Shown: in pieces, positions 28,308 through 41,879 of the stretch | Layout: each line of letters starts with the position of its first letter | Numbering within the stretch: position 1 is the stretch's first letter | DNA from: Camelus ferus | Lineage: Eukaryota | DNA: 64,000 nucleotides | Reading direction: 5' to 3' | Assembly: GCF_009834535.1 (NCBI RefSeq) | Contig: NC_045707.1 | Span: 55,306,001 to 55,370,000, forward strand | Position numbers and translations under genes: made by a program | Notes under the pieces: generated by a model | Databases searched by the model: none | What the model was told of the DNA's origin: nothing | What the model saw: the letters and a program-made list of their open reading frames with translations, nothing else

Positions 28308-28319
28308 GAACTCAGTTTG

Positions 28320-28520
28320 TATTATTCGTTGCCATTATCACATTTTGCTACTTAGAATTACTTACATCTTTCCATATGCATAGCTTGTCTTCCCAACAGA
28401 TTCCTAATGTCTTCAAAGGCAGGAACTCACCCTGTAGTCTGTTACTTTATTAACAATATCCAGCAATTCAATGCACAGAGCAAAAACTTAGTGAGTATTT
28501 ATTAAGTCAGTTAATGTGTT
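28320..28520 (+). mobile_element. L2 3' end fragment
   Basis: cttgtcttccc...cttcaaaggcaggaac...atatccagca...cttagtgagtatttattaagt. Confidence 0.5.
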
Positions 28521-29479
28521 GGAGTAACATTTATCTTACAGGTAAAAAGTATGGCTAGTTCACAAAACAGGGAAATGAAATACTTCACATCTATTTTATC
28601 TCTACCAATATATTTTATTTTTAACAGAGAATGAGAAAGGAAAAATTAATTGATCGGGCTTTCATACTTTCATATTTATATGTCAAAAATTTATCTTTAC
28701 ACAATACCTTATTATAAAACCAAGATAAAGAAATGAAGCAACAAAAGAAGAAAAAGAAATTCTCTTTTTAGGAAGCAGCTTTACTTTTCACTGTTGTTTT
28801 TTTTTTTTTCCTTAATTCCATCAAGACTTAAGGGTATGGCAGGTTCTGAGGAACAACAGAATGTCTATCAGTTTTTAGGACACTGGAGTATTATTTAATG
28901 CAGAGAAAATGTAATCTTCGAGAGAAAACAGTGTACCAATCTGGCAATAACAAATGTTACTGAAAAACAGTAAGTCTTGTACTATCTGTAACAAAATGGA
29001 AAGTGGATCATTTGAGCTTCTCAAGATCGAATCAAATCACTCCCTTAACATTGTTGAATAATCTGGGGACTGAAAAACAGAACGACATTAATTTGTATAG
29101 GCTACTTATGATGCTTTGTTCATTTTCATGTCACCAGTTATACGGATTAATGGTTGGAATGGACTTTATGCGGTGAACAAATACTAAATGAGCTAGCAAT
29201 AATGGTGCTACGATTTAATGCCAAGCATAAGTTACTCAGTTATGGTCAGCTAAAACAGCTACAAGTGTATGTATCTATGGCTAAAGCAGACATGACACTA
29301 AAAATTTCATCCAGACTAACTTGAGCCTGTTCTATTACCATGCGTTCATTAGTCCTAGAATTATTATTCATAAATTGAGCCATGGGAGTCAACTGTGATT
29401 TTACTAAATGTGATTTATATGTATTCTAAAGTCAGCTGATGTCTTTGAGTGTATAGTATCTATTAGCACTGGAAAAAAT

Positions 29480-29652
29480 GGACAAGGAAACTAAAGATTA
29501 CCAGCGAACCACTAGAAGCTAGGAAGAGGCAAGGAAGAACTGACTTTTTTCCCCTACAAACTTTGTAGGGAGCATGGTCCCAGCAACAGCTTAATTTTTG
29601 ACTTCTAACTTCTAAATACGTCAGACGATAAATTTTTGTTGTTTTGTCCACA
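29480..29652 (+). mobile_element. MaLR LTR fragment (MLT1C-like)
   Basis: ccagcgaaccactagaagctaggaagaggcaaggaa...cccctaca...gggagcatggtcc...gataaatttttgttgtttt. Confidence 0.8.
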
Positions 29653-30329
29653 CACAAAATGGTGCACAGAGATGCTAGATCGTGGTAAAAGAGAACAATA
29701 TTAAAAAAAAAAACAAAAAACTGAAACCAGGGAATCGACGTGGTAATTGAATAAATGATTGATGTTGGGTGTGTATATCCTCAAAAGAGAATGAAGACTT
29801 AGTGTCCCTTCTCAAACTTACTTTTAGCTGGCAGGCAGAGCATAAATGCCTGAAACATGTCTAGTATAATATATTTATACCTCATGAATATATAAACGCA
29901 TGAAGTAGATATAGTAGCATTTGTAAAATTACAAATGTGTGAATTAATTTGATATAAATTTAGTAGGGACAATGCTGATGAAATTGAATAGAGTTATCAG
30001 TCACAGTTTTCTATATGAGTCCAGGTTAATAATTCTTTTTAGATTGTATTGTGGCAAGACTTTCAAGAAAAAAAATTTTTAATAACATCTTTGGTGGGCT
30101 ACATAAATATAAGATCTGAAGATAAAGGGATTCTGGCTAAAGCTTTTGATAATACCTTCATACCTTCATATCAGCTTTGCTATATGTTTGTGTATATACA
30201 CACAGAACTCTAAATTATGACTATTTCTCCACCTTCTTATGACCATTCTCATTTATATTCCAGTTAGGAAAACAGAATGATATCTGAGAGAGAGTAAAAT
30301 AGGATAATGCTGTTGTGTACTTCCTTTTC

Positions 30330-30737
30330 CTCTTTCAAGACCAATGCACACGTTGCCTCGCTGAGTGGGAATGTTGGCTTCTTAAAACTCATGGCTGAAT
30401 CTTTCTGGAAGTTGCTCTTGGCTAAAAAGAAGCTCTTTTGCCCCAGACACAACACTTGCCCCAAGAGAAACCTGTATCCAATGACTGGCCCATAGTGGAG
30501 TACAATGCTTGGCCATTTGTCTTGGTTGAGAACAATTCCGAAGTCCTGTTCCTTCTCCAGAGGTCACTGTGCAGTGCACTGAGGGTGCTGTCGTAACTGC
30601 CTTACAGTTCAGCGTCCCTTGCCAGCCTAGCCTCCTTCCTCACGGGTGCTGCTCCTGAGAACCTTCCCTAAAATACATCCTGCATTCAACTCCTCTTTCA
30701 TCTCAGAGTCTGTGGCCAGGGAGTCTGGTCTAAGGCT
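30330..30737 (+). mobile_element. ERVL solo LTR (LTR16-like)
   Basis: ccaatgactgg...gggtgctgctcctgagaaccttccctaaaatacatcctgcattcaact...catctcagagtctgtggccagggag matches the LTR16 3' signature. Confidence 0.75.
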
Positions 30738-31009
30738 AAATGAAGGAGATCTATTATCAGACTTACAATTTGAATATTTGAAAAATACATAGAACTCCTT
30801 CTTTGTGTACAGTACTTAGAGAAAAAAAGGCTTGCAATTTTGAAATTAGTACAGATACATATTTTTAATGATTAGTGTTGATGTGTGGACACATAGGAGC
30901 CAAGGGAGAAGTAAAACCACAGGAAGAGTCCTGTCTCCTATCTCCAGACATTTGGCATCTCTCCTATTTTATTTTTTAAGCAAAATGAAAATTTGTTGAA
31001 TGGACACTA

Positions 31010-31400
31010 GCATACTTTATAGAACTGAAGAAAGAACAGTAGGCATTAGGACATTGCTGGAGTAACAAATCTTGGCACTCTCAGGATGGTCTCTGCTGTC
31101 TCTCATCTCTGCATTTCTCCGGACGCAGCTTCATTCTCTGTGTGCGGTGGGCTAGTGTCCTCTAGGATTGTGTCCATGCAGCTCTAGAACCACAGGAAGA
31201 CATGGTATCCCTAACCCTCCACTGCATGGGCACACAATACCTTCAAGCCCAGTACACAGGTGCATTAATTCCAGTTGAAACTCCAGGCAAATGATTCCAG
31301 CTGTCCTTCCATGGATTATGTCCACCCCTGAAAAAAATCTCTTGAAGCTAATTTATGGATTACGAGTCTTCTAATTTGGGTCCCATGCCTGCCCCTAAGT
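31010..31400 (-). mobile_element. MaLR LTR relic (MLT1K/L-like)
   Basis: tctctcatctctgcatttctcc...gcttcattctct...ggattatgtccacccctgaa...gggtcccatgcctgcccct. Confidence 0.55.
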
Positions 31401-31869
31401 CTTCTGTCCTTATCACATCATTATTAAGAAAGATAGAAAACATAATATTACTGTTTCCAAAACATGTGATGTTGAAATGATTTTCCCCCCCAGTGGAAGA
31501 GCATTCCTTGATCTTTTCTGTGAAATGTCTAAGATTACCAATTTAATTTAATTTTTACTTGCTGAAGATATAAACTAAAGTGAGGGCTTTAATGAGACAA
31601 TCAATCTCCTAAAATACTTAACAAAATTTTGTGCATGTGGATTGTGCTTGTTTACACATGCACATATATGGAAAGAAGACATAGCTTTCATCAGTATTTC
31701 CAAAGCATGTGTGAATCAAAAATACTTTTAAATGGCAGTGAAGAATGTGGAATTCAAAAAGTTATCACTTATTTAAATAAAAATATTTCAGCAACGTAAA
31801 CACTTCATACCCTCCATTGGAGACCTACTAAATACACTGAATAATATTAGTAACACTGCTTGCAAAAAT

Positions 31870-32075
31870 ATATCAAGTTCTTGCTCAGAGCTGAGCTCTT
31901 TTCTGTACACATTCCATATATTACCTAATTTAGCCCTTGGTACTACACTGGAATATTGCCATTATCACCGCCACAATGCAGCTGAGAATATTGCAACTCA
32001 GAATGATGAGATACTGGCCCAGAGTCATATAACAGTGAATGAAGAGTCAGAACTGATATCCATTTCTGGTCCTAA
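31870..32075 (-). mobile_element. MIR SINE (target of the adjacent L1 insertion)
   Basis: attatcacc...gcagctgagaatattgcaactcagaa...actggcccagagtcatataacagtgaatgaagagtcagaact. Confidence 0.55.
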
Positions 32076-32083
32076 AACCCTTT

Positions 32084-32085
32084 TT

Positions 32086-32140
<55 letters not shown>

Positions 32141-32168
32141 CTTTCTTTCCTTCCTTCCTTCCTTCTTT
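32084..32168. repeat. (TTTC)n/(TTCC)n tetranucleotide microsatellite derived from the L1 tail
   Basis: Read directly; lies between the TSD and the L1 3' end (tttattgaagt). Confidence 0.95.
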
Positions 32169-33113
32169 ATTGAAGTATAGTCAGTTACAATGTGTCGATT
32201 TCTGGTGTACACCAGTCATGCATATAAATACATATATTCATTTCATATTCTTTTTCATTAAAGGTTATTACAAGATATTGAATATAGTTTCCTGTGCTAT
32301 ACAGAAGAAACTTGTTTTTTAAAATATATTTTTATATATAGTAGCTAACATTTGCAAATCTAAAACTCCCAAATTTGTCCCTTCCCACCTCTTTTCCCCA
32401 GTAACCATAAGATTGTTTACTATGCCTGCAAGTCTGTTTCTGTTTTGTAGATGAGTTCTTAGTGTCTTTTTTTTGTCCTTTTTTTTCCTAAATTCCACAT
32501 ATCAGTGATATATATGGTATTTTTCTTTCTCTTTCTGGCTTACTTCACTTAGAATGACAATCTCTAGGTCCATCCATGTTGCTGCAAATGGCATTATTTT
32601 ATTATTTTTTATGGCTGAGTAGTATTCCATTGTATAAATATACCACAACTTTATCCAGTCATCTGTCAATGGACATTTAGGTTGCTTCCATATCTTGGCT
32701 ACTGTATATAGCGCTGTTATGAACATTGGGGTGCTTTGTATCTTTTTAAACTATATTTCTGTCCAGATATATACCCAGGAGTGGGATTGCTGGATCATAC
32801 TGTTAGTGTATTTTTAGTTTTTTGAGGACTCTCCAAACTGTTTTCCATAATAGCTGCACCAAACTGCATTCCCACCAGCAGTGTAGGAGGGTTCCCTTTC
32901 TCCACAGCCTCTCCAGCATTTGTCATTTGTGGACTTTTGAATGATGGCCATTCTGACTGGTGTGAGGTGATACCTCATTGTAGTTTTTGATTTGCATTTC
33001 TCTGATAATTGGTGATTTTGAGCATTTTTTCATGTGCATATTGGCCATTAGTATGTCTTCATTGGAAAATCGCCTATTTAAGTCTTCTGTCCATATTTGG
33101 ATTGGATTGTTTG
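32087..33113 (-). mobile_element. Young 5'-truncated L1 (ORF2 C-terminus, 3'UTR, (GAAA)n tail)
   Basis: ORF 32502-32726 (MFITALYTVAKIWKQPKCP...TMEYYSAIK...FAATWMDLEIVILSEVSQKEK) is the L1 ORF2p C-terminus. 15-bp TSD ctaaaaccctttttt at 32072-32086 and 33114-33128. Confidence 0.96.
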
Positions 33114-33699
33114 CTAAAACCCTTTTTTTTTTCCCTTAGGCCAGAAATAGGGTAGACACTTTAAAAAAGTGAACTGAATTAAATTAAAATTTTGACACAA
33201 GAAATGTGTGATAAAAGATATAAATGAAGCATATTTACCTTCCATTAAACTGTCCTTCAAGTAAATAAATTATAATATTCCTTCAGCCCATCTCAATCCC
33301 ATAACTTTTTTTTAACAGTTTTTAAAATATGTGATATGGGATCACTCTCTTTAATCTTCATTTATTTATTCAAAAAATTATCAAACTACTATTACATGCC
33401 TGCCATTTTATTATGGATTCAGTGGGGGAATGTTGTCTATTGGGGACCTACATCAAGTAAGGGAAACAAACAAGAAGCAATTTAAAATAAACAAACCAGA
33501 AAGCTTGAGCTGTAGTGGTCAAGGAAGACTTACTCCTTTTTATTGTCTAAAATTAATTATCAAACTACTAAACTAACCAAATATGCTTTTCAACTTCTAA
33601 GGGATGATGTGCATTTTTTTTAAAGAGGAAATGTTTTGAATGCATAAAGTCTAAAATCATCCCATAAAATCTGTTTAATAATTTAGATAGAAAGTGAAC

Positions 33700-33840
33700 T
33701 GTATAGTTCATCTTTTTCAATCATTTCTTTTTGAAAATGAGGTAACAGGATTCCTCAATAGTTAAGACTTGTTGGGAATTACACATTGACACCTGGGACT
33801 AAAAGCCCAGTGTCGTGTATTCTGGGCTAATGTTTATTCT
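33700..33840 (-). mobile_element. MIR fragment
   Basis: aaatgaggtaacagga...gttaagacttg...ctgggactaaaagcccagtgtc. Confidence 0.45.
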
Positions 33841-36800
33841 GTGATACAACAGAGCCCTTGTGTAAGATCTTAATGAGTTGGGGAGTTCTGAACGGAAATT
33901 GGGCTTTTGGCCGAATGAAAATCAAAGAAAAAGAATGAGTAAAAATAATTTTGCCTTGGCTTTTCCTTGTATTCCTTTAGGTGTCTTGGGAATTATTTTT
34001 AGAACCCTTGTGCTTCCCTTGTGTACATGGAGTTCCAAAGAGCATGGCCTGGGATTTACTACATTGGAAATGGTGTCTTAGAGAAAAAAGTTAGAGCCAT
34101 TAAATTACAGGAAAGGAAAAATAGAAATTGCTTTAAAGTCATATAATGCACTGCACTCTTTTATGTGTAAGGAAAGCAAGACCCAGAGAGAGAGAGAAAA
34201 TGAATGATCCTCTACAAATTTAGGCTAACTCTATGGACTTTTCTAAGTGCCTTTATTGTGACAAACATAGTCCAATGTTTGATGTAAATAGATACTTAAC
34301 AAATGCTGAAAAATGGATGGACGATTGAATGTTAGAATGATAAAAAAATTTCATTAAAAGTTAACATTTAAAAATGAAAATGATCAAAAATTTTATGTAT
34401 TGTAGTGTCTCAGAGTGGTTCTTATCTGAAGTACAGAGAATATATTTAATAATTCTTATAGAATTATTTTCTGTTATTCTTTGTTTCATATTATCCCATT
34501 CTCCTTTTGGGTTTATATAAACTTTGTTCAATGTAAGTTTTTATAGGACTCATGTCTAGTATAAATATATATGCAATGATTAACCTTAACCATTTCTTGA
34601 TTTTCTACCATGGATTCTGTTCCTAAGCCACTACTACGTTTACATACTCTTATTTGATAGAAACCTTCCCTAATATAGGATATATAAGTGTAAGGGAACA
34701 AATGTAAATCTTTTGTTGATTTAATATTCAACATGGGGATTAATGAAAGTCATAAGTTAGAATGGATTTTGGGCAAAAAAAAACTGTTCCTATGTTCTGA
34801 ATTTCCATATATATATAGACACATACATACATATCCATACACATGCACATATACTTTATGTATACAAATTTCACCATATCTAACTATTTTGGATCATATT
34901 TCTTTCAACTGGTTTGGTTTAAGAAAATTGTGATTTAAGTGTTGTCAGAATAATGAAGTATGTTTTAAAAAAGAGCACAGTAAGAACACTGGAGACCAAA
35001 AAAATAAAATAGTCATTCTGTTGGATAAAAACTGCAAAAAGATATTTGGTAATTTTAAATAATAATGACCTTAATAAAACATTTTAGGACTGAATTTCCT
35101 GAGTAAATCTGTAATCCGTAGTGTTTTGCTTCCAATGTTGGTGCTGGCCAAGTGGTTTCAAGGGTTATTAGAAATAGCAGCAAAACACAAAAACAAAAGT
35201 CAACAAAAACTTCCTGTGTCAGGGCTTTTGCCTGGCTTTGCCTTAAATATATGAACATACGAAGAGAAAATGAGGGGCACAGCTTAAGTATAGTCAATAA
35301 AAGTTCGAAGATTTAACAGTAGGACAAAGAGATGTCTTTCAAGTATCCTTCTTGGTTTTTCATGAATGTTATTAAGAGCCAAAGCAGAGTCAAGGAGATA
35401 AGGAGACAGCATGACCGCTGCAGCCTGAGAGAACCATAGGTTTTACATGAGATGTAAAGGAGTACACAAAAGCAGGCAAAGCAGGGAAGTGAGCCTAATG
35501 ACACACAGGGAGTAAGCGATAAAGCAGAGTATGGCAGAAATTTAACACATGAAAGAATAAACCTTGGCAACTTCGCCTCCACTCCCCTCACTGTCATGTT
35601 GCCAGTGAACGTTTGCACACCTCATGGCTTTGTGAACAGGTTTCAGTAAGAATTCCATGAACTTCAAAAATAGATAAAGATGGTTAAGGTAGAGTATATG
35701 GTCACAAATCAAGGCAAATATGTTTAGGAAAAAAGATAGATTTATTTACACATTCTGGCCTTGTAAGGGTGTGGGACACTCCTGCCAAATCTTGTTTTAA
35801 AATTAATTAGAGAAATATTTCTTTTGAATTTAAATAAGATGCATCAGAAAAGCCAGTATGTTCCAGTTATGCTGCTAGTCAAACTGGGGTGGCTTTGATG
35901 TGGCATTTTGTGGCTTTTGAAAATGCAGTGAAATAAGTGCACATTTACAAATGTTGTATAAATAGCTCAACCAAGCACAGTTGAAAAGACTATTTAAAAG
36001 AAAAGAGACAACAAAAACCCCTGAAGTTGCACAACCGACATGCTGATTTAACGCTCCTGACACCTCTTAGAACCTGTTAACGTTGCCACTTTATCTTAGC
36101 TTTCCTCAGAGTGGGTGTATGGTATCAGCTGTGTGTTGTGGCCTGATGATGAAAACTGTGATAGGTTTGGGGGGCTCTTAAAGGATGTATCTAATCTTTA
36201 TTGTCTTAAAAAAATAGTCTAAAGCAAGTGGGAAAAAGACATATGGTAACTCCAAACCACAAGGGAAATTATACTTCTTTATATGAAGCATTCCCACCAG
36301 AAAAAAAGGGTAACCCTTCTGTTTATCATTATATTTTATGAGGTAACTTCAATGAAATCATGGAAGCATTATCACATGAACAGCAAAGGATAAAATCTCT
36401 TTTGCCAAGGCCCTCAAAGGAGAGGAAATTTGGAATACAGCACAATTGGAACTTATTTTCCACACTGCAAATGAGGTTCAAGATGTGGTATGGGTGAATG
36501 GCAGAGGGTTTCTTGCCAGCAAAGAGGATGGTCAACATTTTCAAAGCTTCTATGTTGGATATGAGGGTATATTTTACAGGCCCAATTCAGGAACTAAAAT
36601 GTACTTTTAATATAGTTTACGTTGATATTTTATGTGGGAAGACTTTGTCTGGGTTGACTCAAATGTTCCAATGTGTGAAGGAAGTATCAGCAAACATGCA
36701 CAGGGAACTCACTAAAAAAATTACACGTAGTGATGGTTTTTAGAGGAAAATTGATGAAGTCATGGCAAGAGTATTTTCCATCAGATGAAAACTACCAGTT

Positions 36801-38039
36801 CTGTCTATTCATTTCCTTTGGAAAATAGAAGATCAAAGAAAATATTTTAGTAGAGTGTTTCCTTTCAAATATAACAAAGACTTTTTTTGCAATAATAATG
36901 TCTCTTTCTCCTTCGTTCCATATGCTCATTTATTCACTCGTCAAATGTGTGCTATGTGACAGTCACCATGCCATAATTACAGTAATAGCAGTCAGCATTT
37001 ATGTACCGCTTATTATGACATTTAGCAGCATGGGTGCTCCATGCCAGTACAGCCACAAGAGAAGTGTGAGGGAAGTGCTCACGTTTTACAGCTGAGAAGC
37101 ATAGCACTTGGCGAGGTTTTGGAAATGATTTTCTTAAGACTTATTATGGAACCAAAATTTGAATTCAGGACATTGATTCCATAGCCCAAATTTTGATGAC
37201 TTCCCTCCCCATAAATAACTTGTGTCAGAGAGACAGAGATTATTATTCAGTCATCAAAAACGTAGAACATTTACAGATAATTCACAAGAAAATAAAAGGA
37301 AAGTATTTTGAGATCCATACAAAAGGGACATCATAAATTCCACTACTCCAGAGTCACTTGATTAATTATCATTATTTTTAAAGACAATAAATGGTATTGG
37401 GCAACTCACTACATCAGTACACTACACGCACTAAAACAGGTAATTCATTTTCCACTTACTTCTGCAGCTGTGCTGAAATGCACACTGCGGTGTGGCTGAC
37501 TCTTCTCTTTGATTTGAGCAGAATTTGTATAACTAGAGCACTTGAATGGCTGCAGAGCACAGATATTTAACTTTCTCACTTTTTAAGCAAAGAAAGCTAT
37601 ATGTACATATGTACATAAAAATTGCATTTACCCAGCACCAAAACCAGTGTCCACTGAAATAATTATAAAATAACCAAAAAATCAAGTCCCTTGATTGATA
37701 CAATTATAAAGTAACCAAAAAACCTTTTTATCTAATTACAGCCATAAAAAATGCTGCACAGGTGGGGTAGTGACTTCATCTGAGTAAGAACAAAGTATTC
37801 AGGATCAAAGTTACCTTAATTATCACTTATTGTGAGGAGTTGCATTGAAAGTTCATACATTTTTACCTAGGAAAATTTTTTGTCTCTCTAAATTACCCTT
37901 TAACCACTCTCTCTAATTTTAGTACTAAATTTATGTTGGTTCCCTTAAGATGAGTTGGATTACTGCGTAACTTCTTGTATTTGTTTTATGTTTTAGTCCC
38001 TGAAAGTTTCATAGACATGTGTAAGCCTGTCTGGACCTA

Positions 38040-38297
38040 TGTTGTAGGCAGAATAATGGCCTCTCAAGGATGTTCTTGTCCTAATTCCTGGAACCTGTGA
38101 ATATGTCACTTTACATGGCCAAGGGGACCTTGCAGGTGTAATTACTTTTAAGGACCTTGAGATGTGACAGTATCCTGGATTCTCCAGGTGCACCCAACTT
38201 TTATCACCTGAGTCCTTAAAAGTAGAAGACAGAAGAGTGGGTCACAAATATGTGACTGAGTATGACTGAACCCACTTTCTGTGGCTTTTAAGATGGG
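38040..38297 (+). mobile_element. MaLR LTR 5' half (MLT1D-like)
   Basis: tgtaggcagaataatggcc...gtcctaattcctggaacctgtgaatatgtcactttacatggccaaggggaccttgcaggtgtaatta...aaggaccttgagatg. Confidence 0.9.
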
Positions 38298-38505
38298 TAT
38301 ACAAATACTACGAATATAAAATTAAGGGAAAGAAGCAAGACACAGAAGAATATATACAATGTTCCATTTATTTAATGTTCAAAGCAGCCAAATCTAAAAT
38401 ACAGATTTTAAAAACATATATATAGATGTTGAGCAATACTGGTTGCTGGTACTATTTGATGCTACTGCCTTGATTTCATGCTAAGGGGCCAGCTGACTAA
38501 GTCAC

Positions 38506-39017
38506 TGGTGTAGCCAGCTTCCAAAGCGACCCTCCGTGCTTCTCATTCTCTGCTATTAATACCACTGAGTAGTCCCTTTCCCCACTGAATATGGGATGAA
38601 GTCTAAGACAGATACAAGGTTGTGAAAGTGATGGCGTGCCTCTTTGGAGGTTAGATCATAAAAGGCTCTCACATTTCTAGCTGGTACTCTTGGAGGAATT
38701 GAGCTGCCATGTTGTGTGGACAATCAAACAGCCCTGTGGAGAAGCCCACAAGGGGAGGACTGAGGTCTCCAATCAGTAGCCAGCACCATCTTACTAGCCA
38801 TGTGTGTGAGACATTTTTTAAAGAGGATCCCCCAGTCTGAATCGCGCCTTCATAGTACTTAGCCCTGCCCAACATCTGACCGCATTTCATAAGGAACTAG
38901 CCAGAACTTCCCAGCCACACTCTCAAATTCCTGACCCACCAAACTGTAAGAAGAAAAGCAATTGTTTTATTAAGCCACTAAGCTCTGGGATGGTCTGTTA
39001 CACAGTAGCTAACATAT
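38506..39017 (+). mobile_element. MaLR solo LTR (MLT1F-like)
   Basis: gagctgccatgttgtg...cagccctgtggagaagcccac...actgaggtctcc...aaattcctgacccac...ttaagccactaag...ctgttacacagtag. Confidence 0.85.
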
Positions 39018-39499
39018 TCACCATCACTTAAGCATCATCAGTGCAAATGTCAACACAATGAAAATTACAAATCTCATTATTATTATGAAAATAATTTTAA
39101 CTTTGAAAACCTGTGAAAGGTTCTTGGAGACCTTTAAGGTCTGCAAACCACAGGGTGAGAAATTCTTTTCTGACATATTCACTATTATTATGTTTATTAT
39201 TATTTGGATCTATGTAACATATTTAAATATTCCCCCATTGATAGGCATTTATACTTTTTCCAAAGTCTTCCAGACAATGTTATAACTTTTCTTATATTTA
39301 TTTTTTTAATATTCTTAACATAAAATTGTGGTTCCCAAACATTTGATTTGTTTGATTCTTAGCATCTTCTAAGTATTAAAAATACCACAACAAAAAACCT
39401 ATCACAATTTGCATTGTTAGATATATTGAATCAGTTTGAGATGGGCAACTACAGACAGAGAGGGAAAAGGAGAGACAGTGAAAGAAAAAATGCTATGTT

Positions 39500-39720
39500 G
39501 ATTCAGCTATGTACAGGTGACAGCAGACAAGTTTCCAAATTTAGTTCAGTTAGTTATTGGCTGTTTCCATTTGGACAAATTTCTCTAAGTTTTAGTTGCT
39601 TCATCTGTGAAACAGGAAAAATAGTAAGTAATTCTGAATAGCTTGGACTGTATAGGTTTTAAATGTCTTAATACAATGCCTGTAAGTACCTGTGACAGTG
39701 TTTGGAAGAGAAGAAATGTA
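39500..39720 (+). mobile_element. MIR SINE
   Basis: ttggacaaatttctctaagttttagttgcttcatctgtgaaacagga matches the MIR core. Confidence 0.6.
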
Positions 39721-40184
39721 ATAACTACACATAAATTACCTCCTTAATCGTCACACAAGCCTTCACGATATGAATTCTTATTCTAGTTTTACACCCAGTA
39801 TGGATCCTTACTGGGTCAGATGGGATGCATGGTCTGGTTTTATTGAAGTCCCAGTAGACTGATGCCACTGGGTATCAATTCACCCAAACTGATTTTCCAT
39901 AGGGATGGAGGCCTGTAAAGGGGAGGAATAATGGTAGAACACAGGGACAAGTAGTCCTACAGAGGGCACTAGCCAGAACCCCACTGACATCATGTTTTAT
40001 CTGGAATCATATCAAATGATGAGAAGACTAGAGGGCAAAGAATATAAGAATTACCTTCATAAGCACATTTGAGACATTCCTATGGCCTCCAAAAAACTGG
40101 GGAGGATTTTGAAACAGAGCTAGCTGTTCTGTAAAGTGTGAGCATGGGCAATTATCCAGAAAATAATTTCTAGGGAAATACGAT

Positions 40185-40310
40185 ACCACACAGATCAAGA
40201 AACAGCAGCTCAGAGTAGAAAAATAATTTATCCAACTATATACAACTAGCAAGTGGCAGGTTTTCAATCTCATGTCTTTCTGTGTCCCAAGTCTGTGCCC
40301 TTAAACATAA
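40185..40310 (-). mobile_element. MIR fragment
   Basis: cagatcaagaaacagcagctcagag...aataatttatccaa...caactagcaagtggcag. Confidence 0.6.
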
Positions 40311-41879
40311 TAGCCATGAAAATACCTTACCTCATTATTCAAATACATGTATGTATTGTTCAGTAACATATTTCTGCAGTTGAATACTAGCTTCTTCTTG
40401 AGGATTTTGATTTTAAGTGATACTTATATAAAACATGGAACCAGTATAGAATTCTCACTCCCAAGATATTTTCTCAGGGATTATTTCAGCATCTCAATCT
40501 CTTCTACATACAATTGCCCTCAACCTCACAGCTTCATGGAGTCAAAATTTTCAGCGTGAGGCTCCAGATTCACTTAAGTGCCATCTCCCTGGAGTTTCTA
40601 GATTTGTCTTCCATTCTCCGAGAAAGAAACCAACAAGAGGAACCTCACATAACATTAATAAAGATGAGATTATTTGGGAACTTTCATCAAAGCAACTTCA
40701 AGCACAAACTAGTTAAATTTAAGGTAGGAGCACTGGATATTGATAACAGAGAGATGAGATTCTGTGAAATTTGGGGACTTGAAGGAATACTGTAAAATTT
40801 CAAATCAATTATGGGTATTTTATATTCTATTCTGGGTGATAGCATGATTTTACATATAAAATAGTGTTTAAGATGATTTGGAATCAAGCTTATTTTGTTT
40901 TATTTGTTAAAACAAATATAGAGCTTTTACAAAGAGCTAAGCTGTCTTTCTCAATATAGTAAATTGCCTTCATTAATTAATTTTTATTTCATTTGGTAAT
41001 CACTTTGATGATGTTCTCAAAATAAATATTTCTGCAATATCTGGTCTGGACAGTAGGATGTTCATTTTTTTTGCATAGCTTTAAAGTATTTGCAATTATA
41101 AGGCAACTAATAAAAATATTCTAAAAATACAAGATTTTAAATGTGAAAAAATTGTGCTTTGTGTTTTCCATGTAAAGTCAAAAGACCAGAAAGGGCATAG
41201 AGTTTTTAAACCAACGACCTTTATCATAATGTGTCTTGTAAACTGAATTCCAAATAGAACATGCTGGTTGAAAGGCAAAGAAATTACTGTCTTTGAAACA
41301 CAGGATTCATCAAGTTATAATGTCAACTTAGTAATGAAAATGCTTACCTACATTCTTGTCAACTGACAGGCTGTCATCACATATTAAAAGCTGACAAGGC
41401 AGTGATGAATTGGGTTGTTTTTATTATGTCCAAAGCAACTAACCTTCAGAAAAGCAGAGGGTATTGCTCATCAGTTAAATGTACCATTTCTTGACTTTAT
41501 AATTGTTTTAAAGAAAAAGAAAATATTTAGATGAACTTATAGACTTCTAAGTAGATACAGAAAATAATTATACATTATTATTAAGTTTTTAAAGAACTTA
41601 AATGCTAATAACTGTGAAATTGAACACATTTCATATGTATACTGAGAATAGAGGAGAAATAAAATATAAAGCTTAATTAAAAGCAGATTAATTCCATTCT
41701 TTATAAAATATTTCTATAAACTACAAAGTATAAAACATTGTTGGATATTTTAAAAGTCTAAAATATATTTGGCTGATATGATTGATAACATGATGAAAGA
41801 AATTCAAGATGAGACTAATAAAACTTCCAGTGTTCTGGATATTTCCCTCACCACTTTGATGCTAGATCTCTCAATAGCT

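Noticed and set aside
32502..32726. 74-aa ORF as an independent gene
   Set aside because: It is the C-terminal piece of ORF2 in a 5'-truncated L1 that lacks promoter, ORF1 and RT.
37600..37617. Perfect 18-bp palindrome tatgtacatatgtacata
   Set aside because: Low-complexity purine-pyrimidine alternation produced by slippage.
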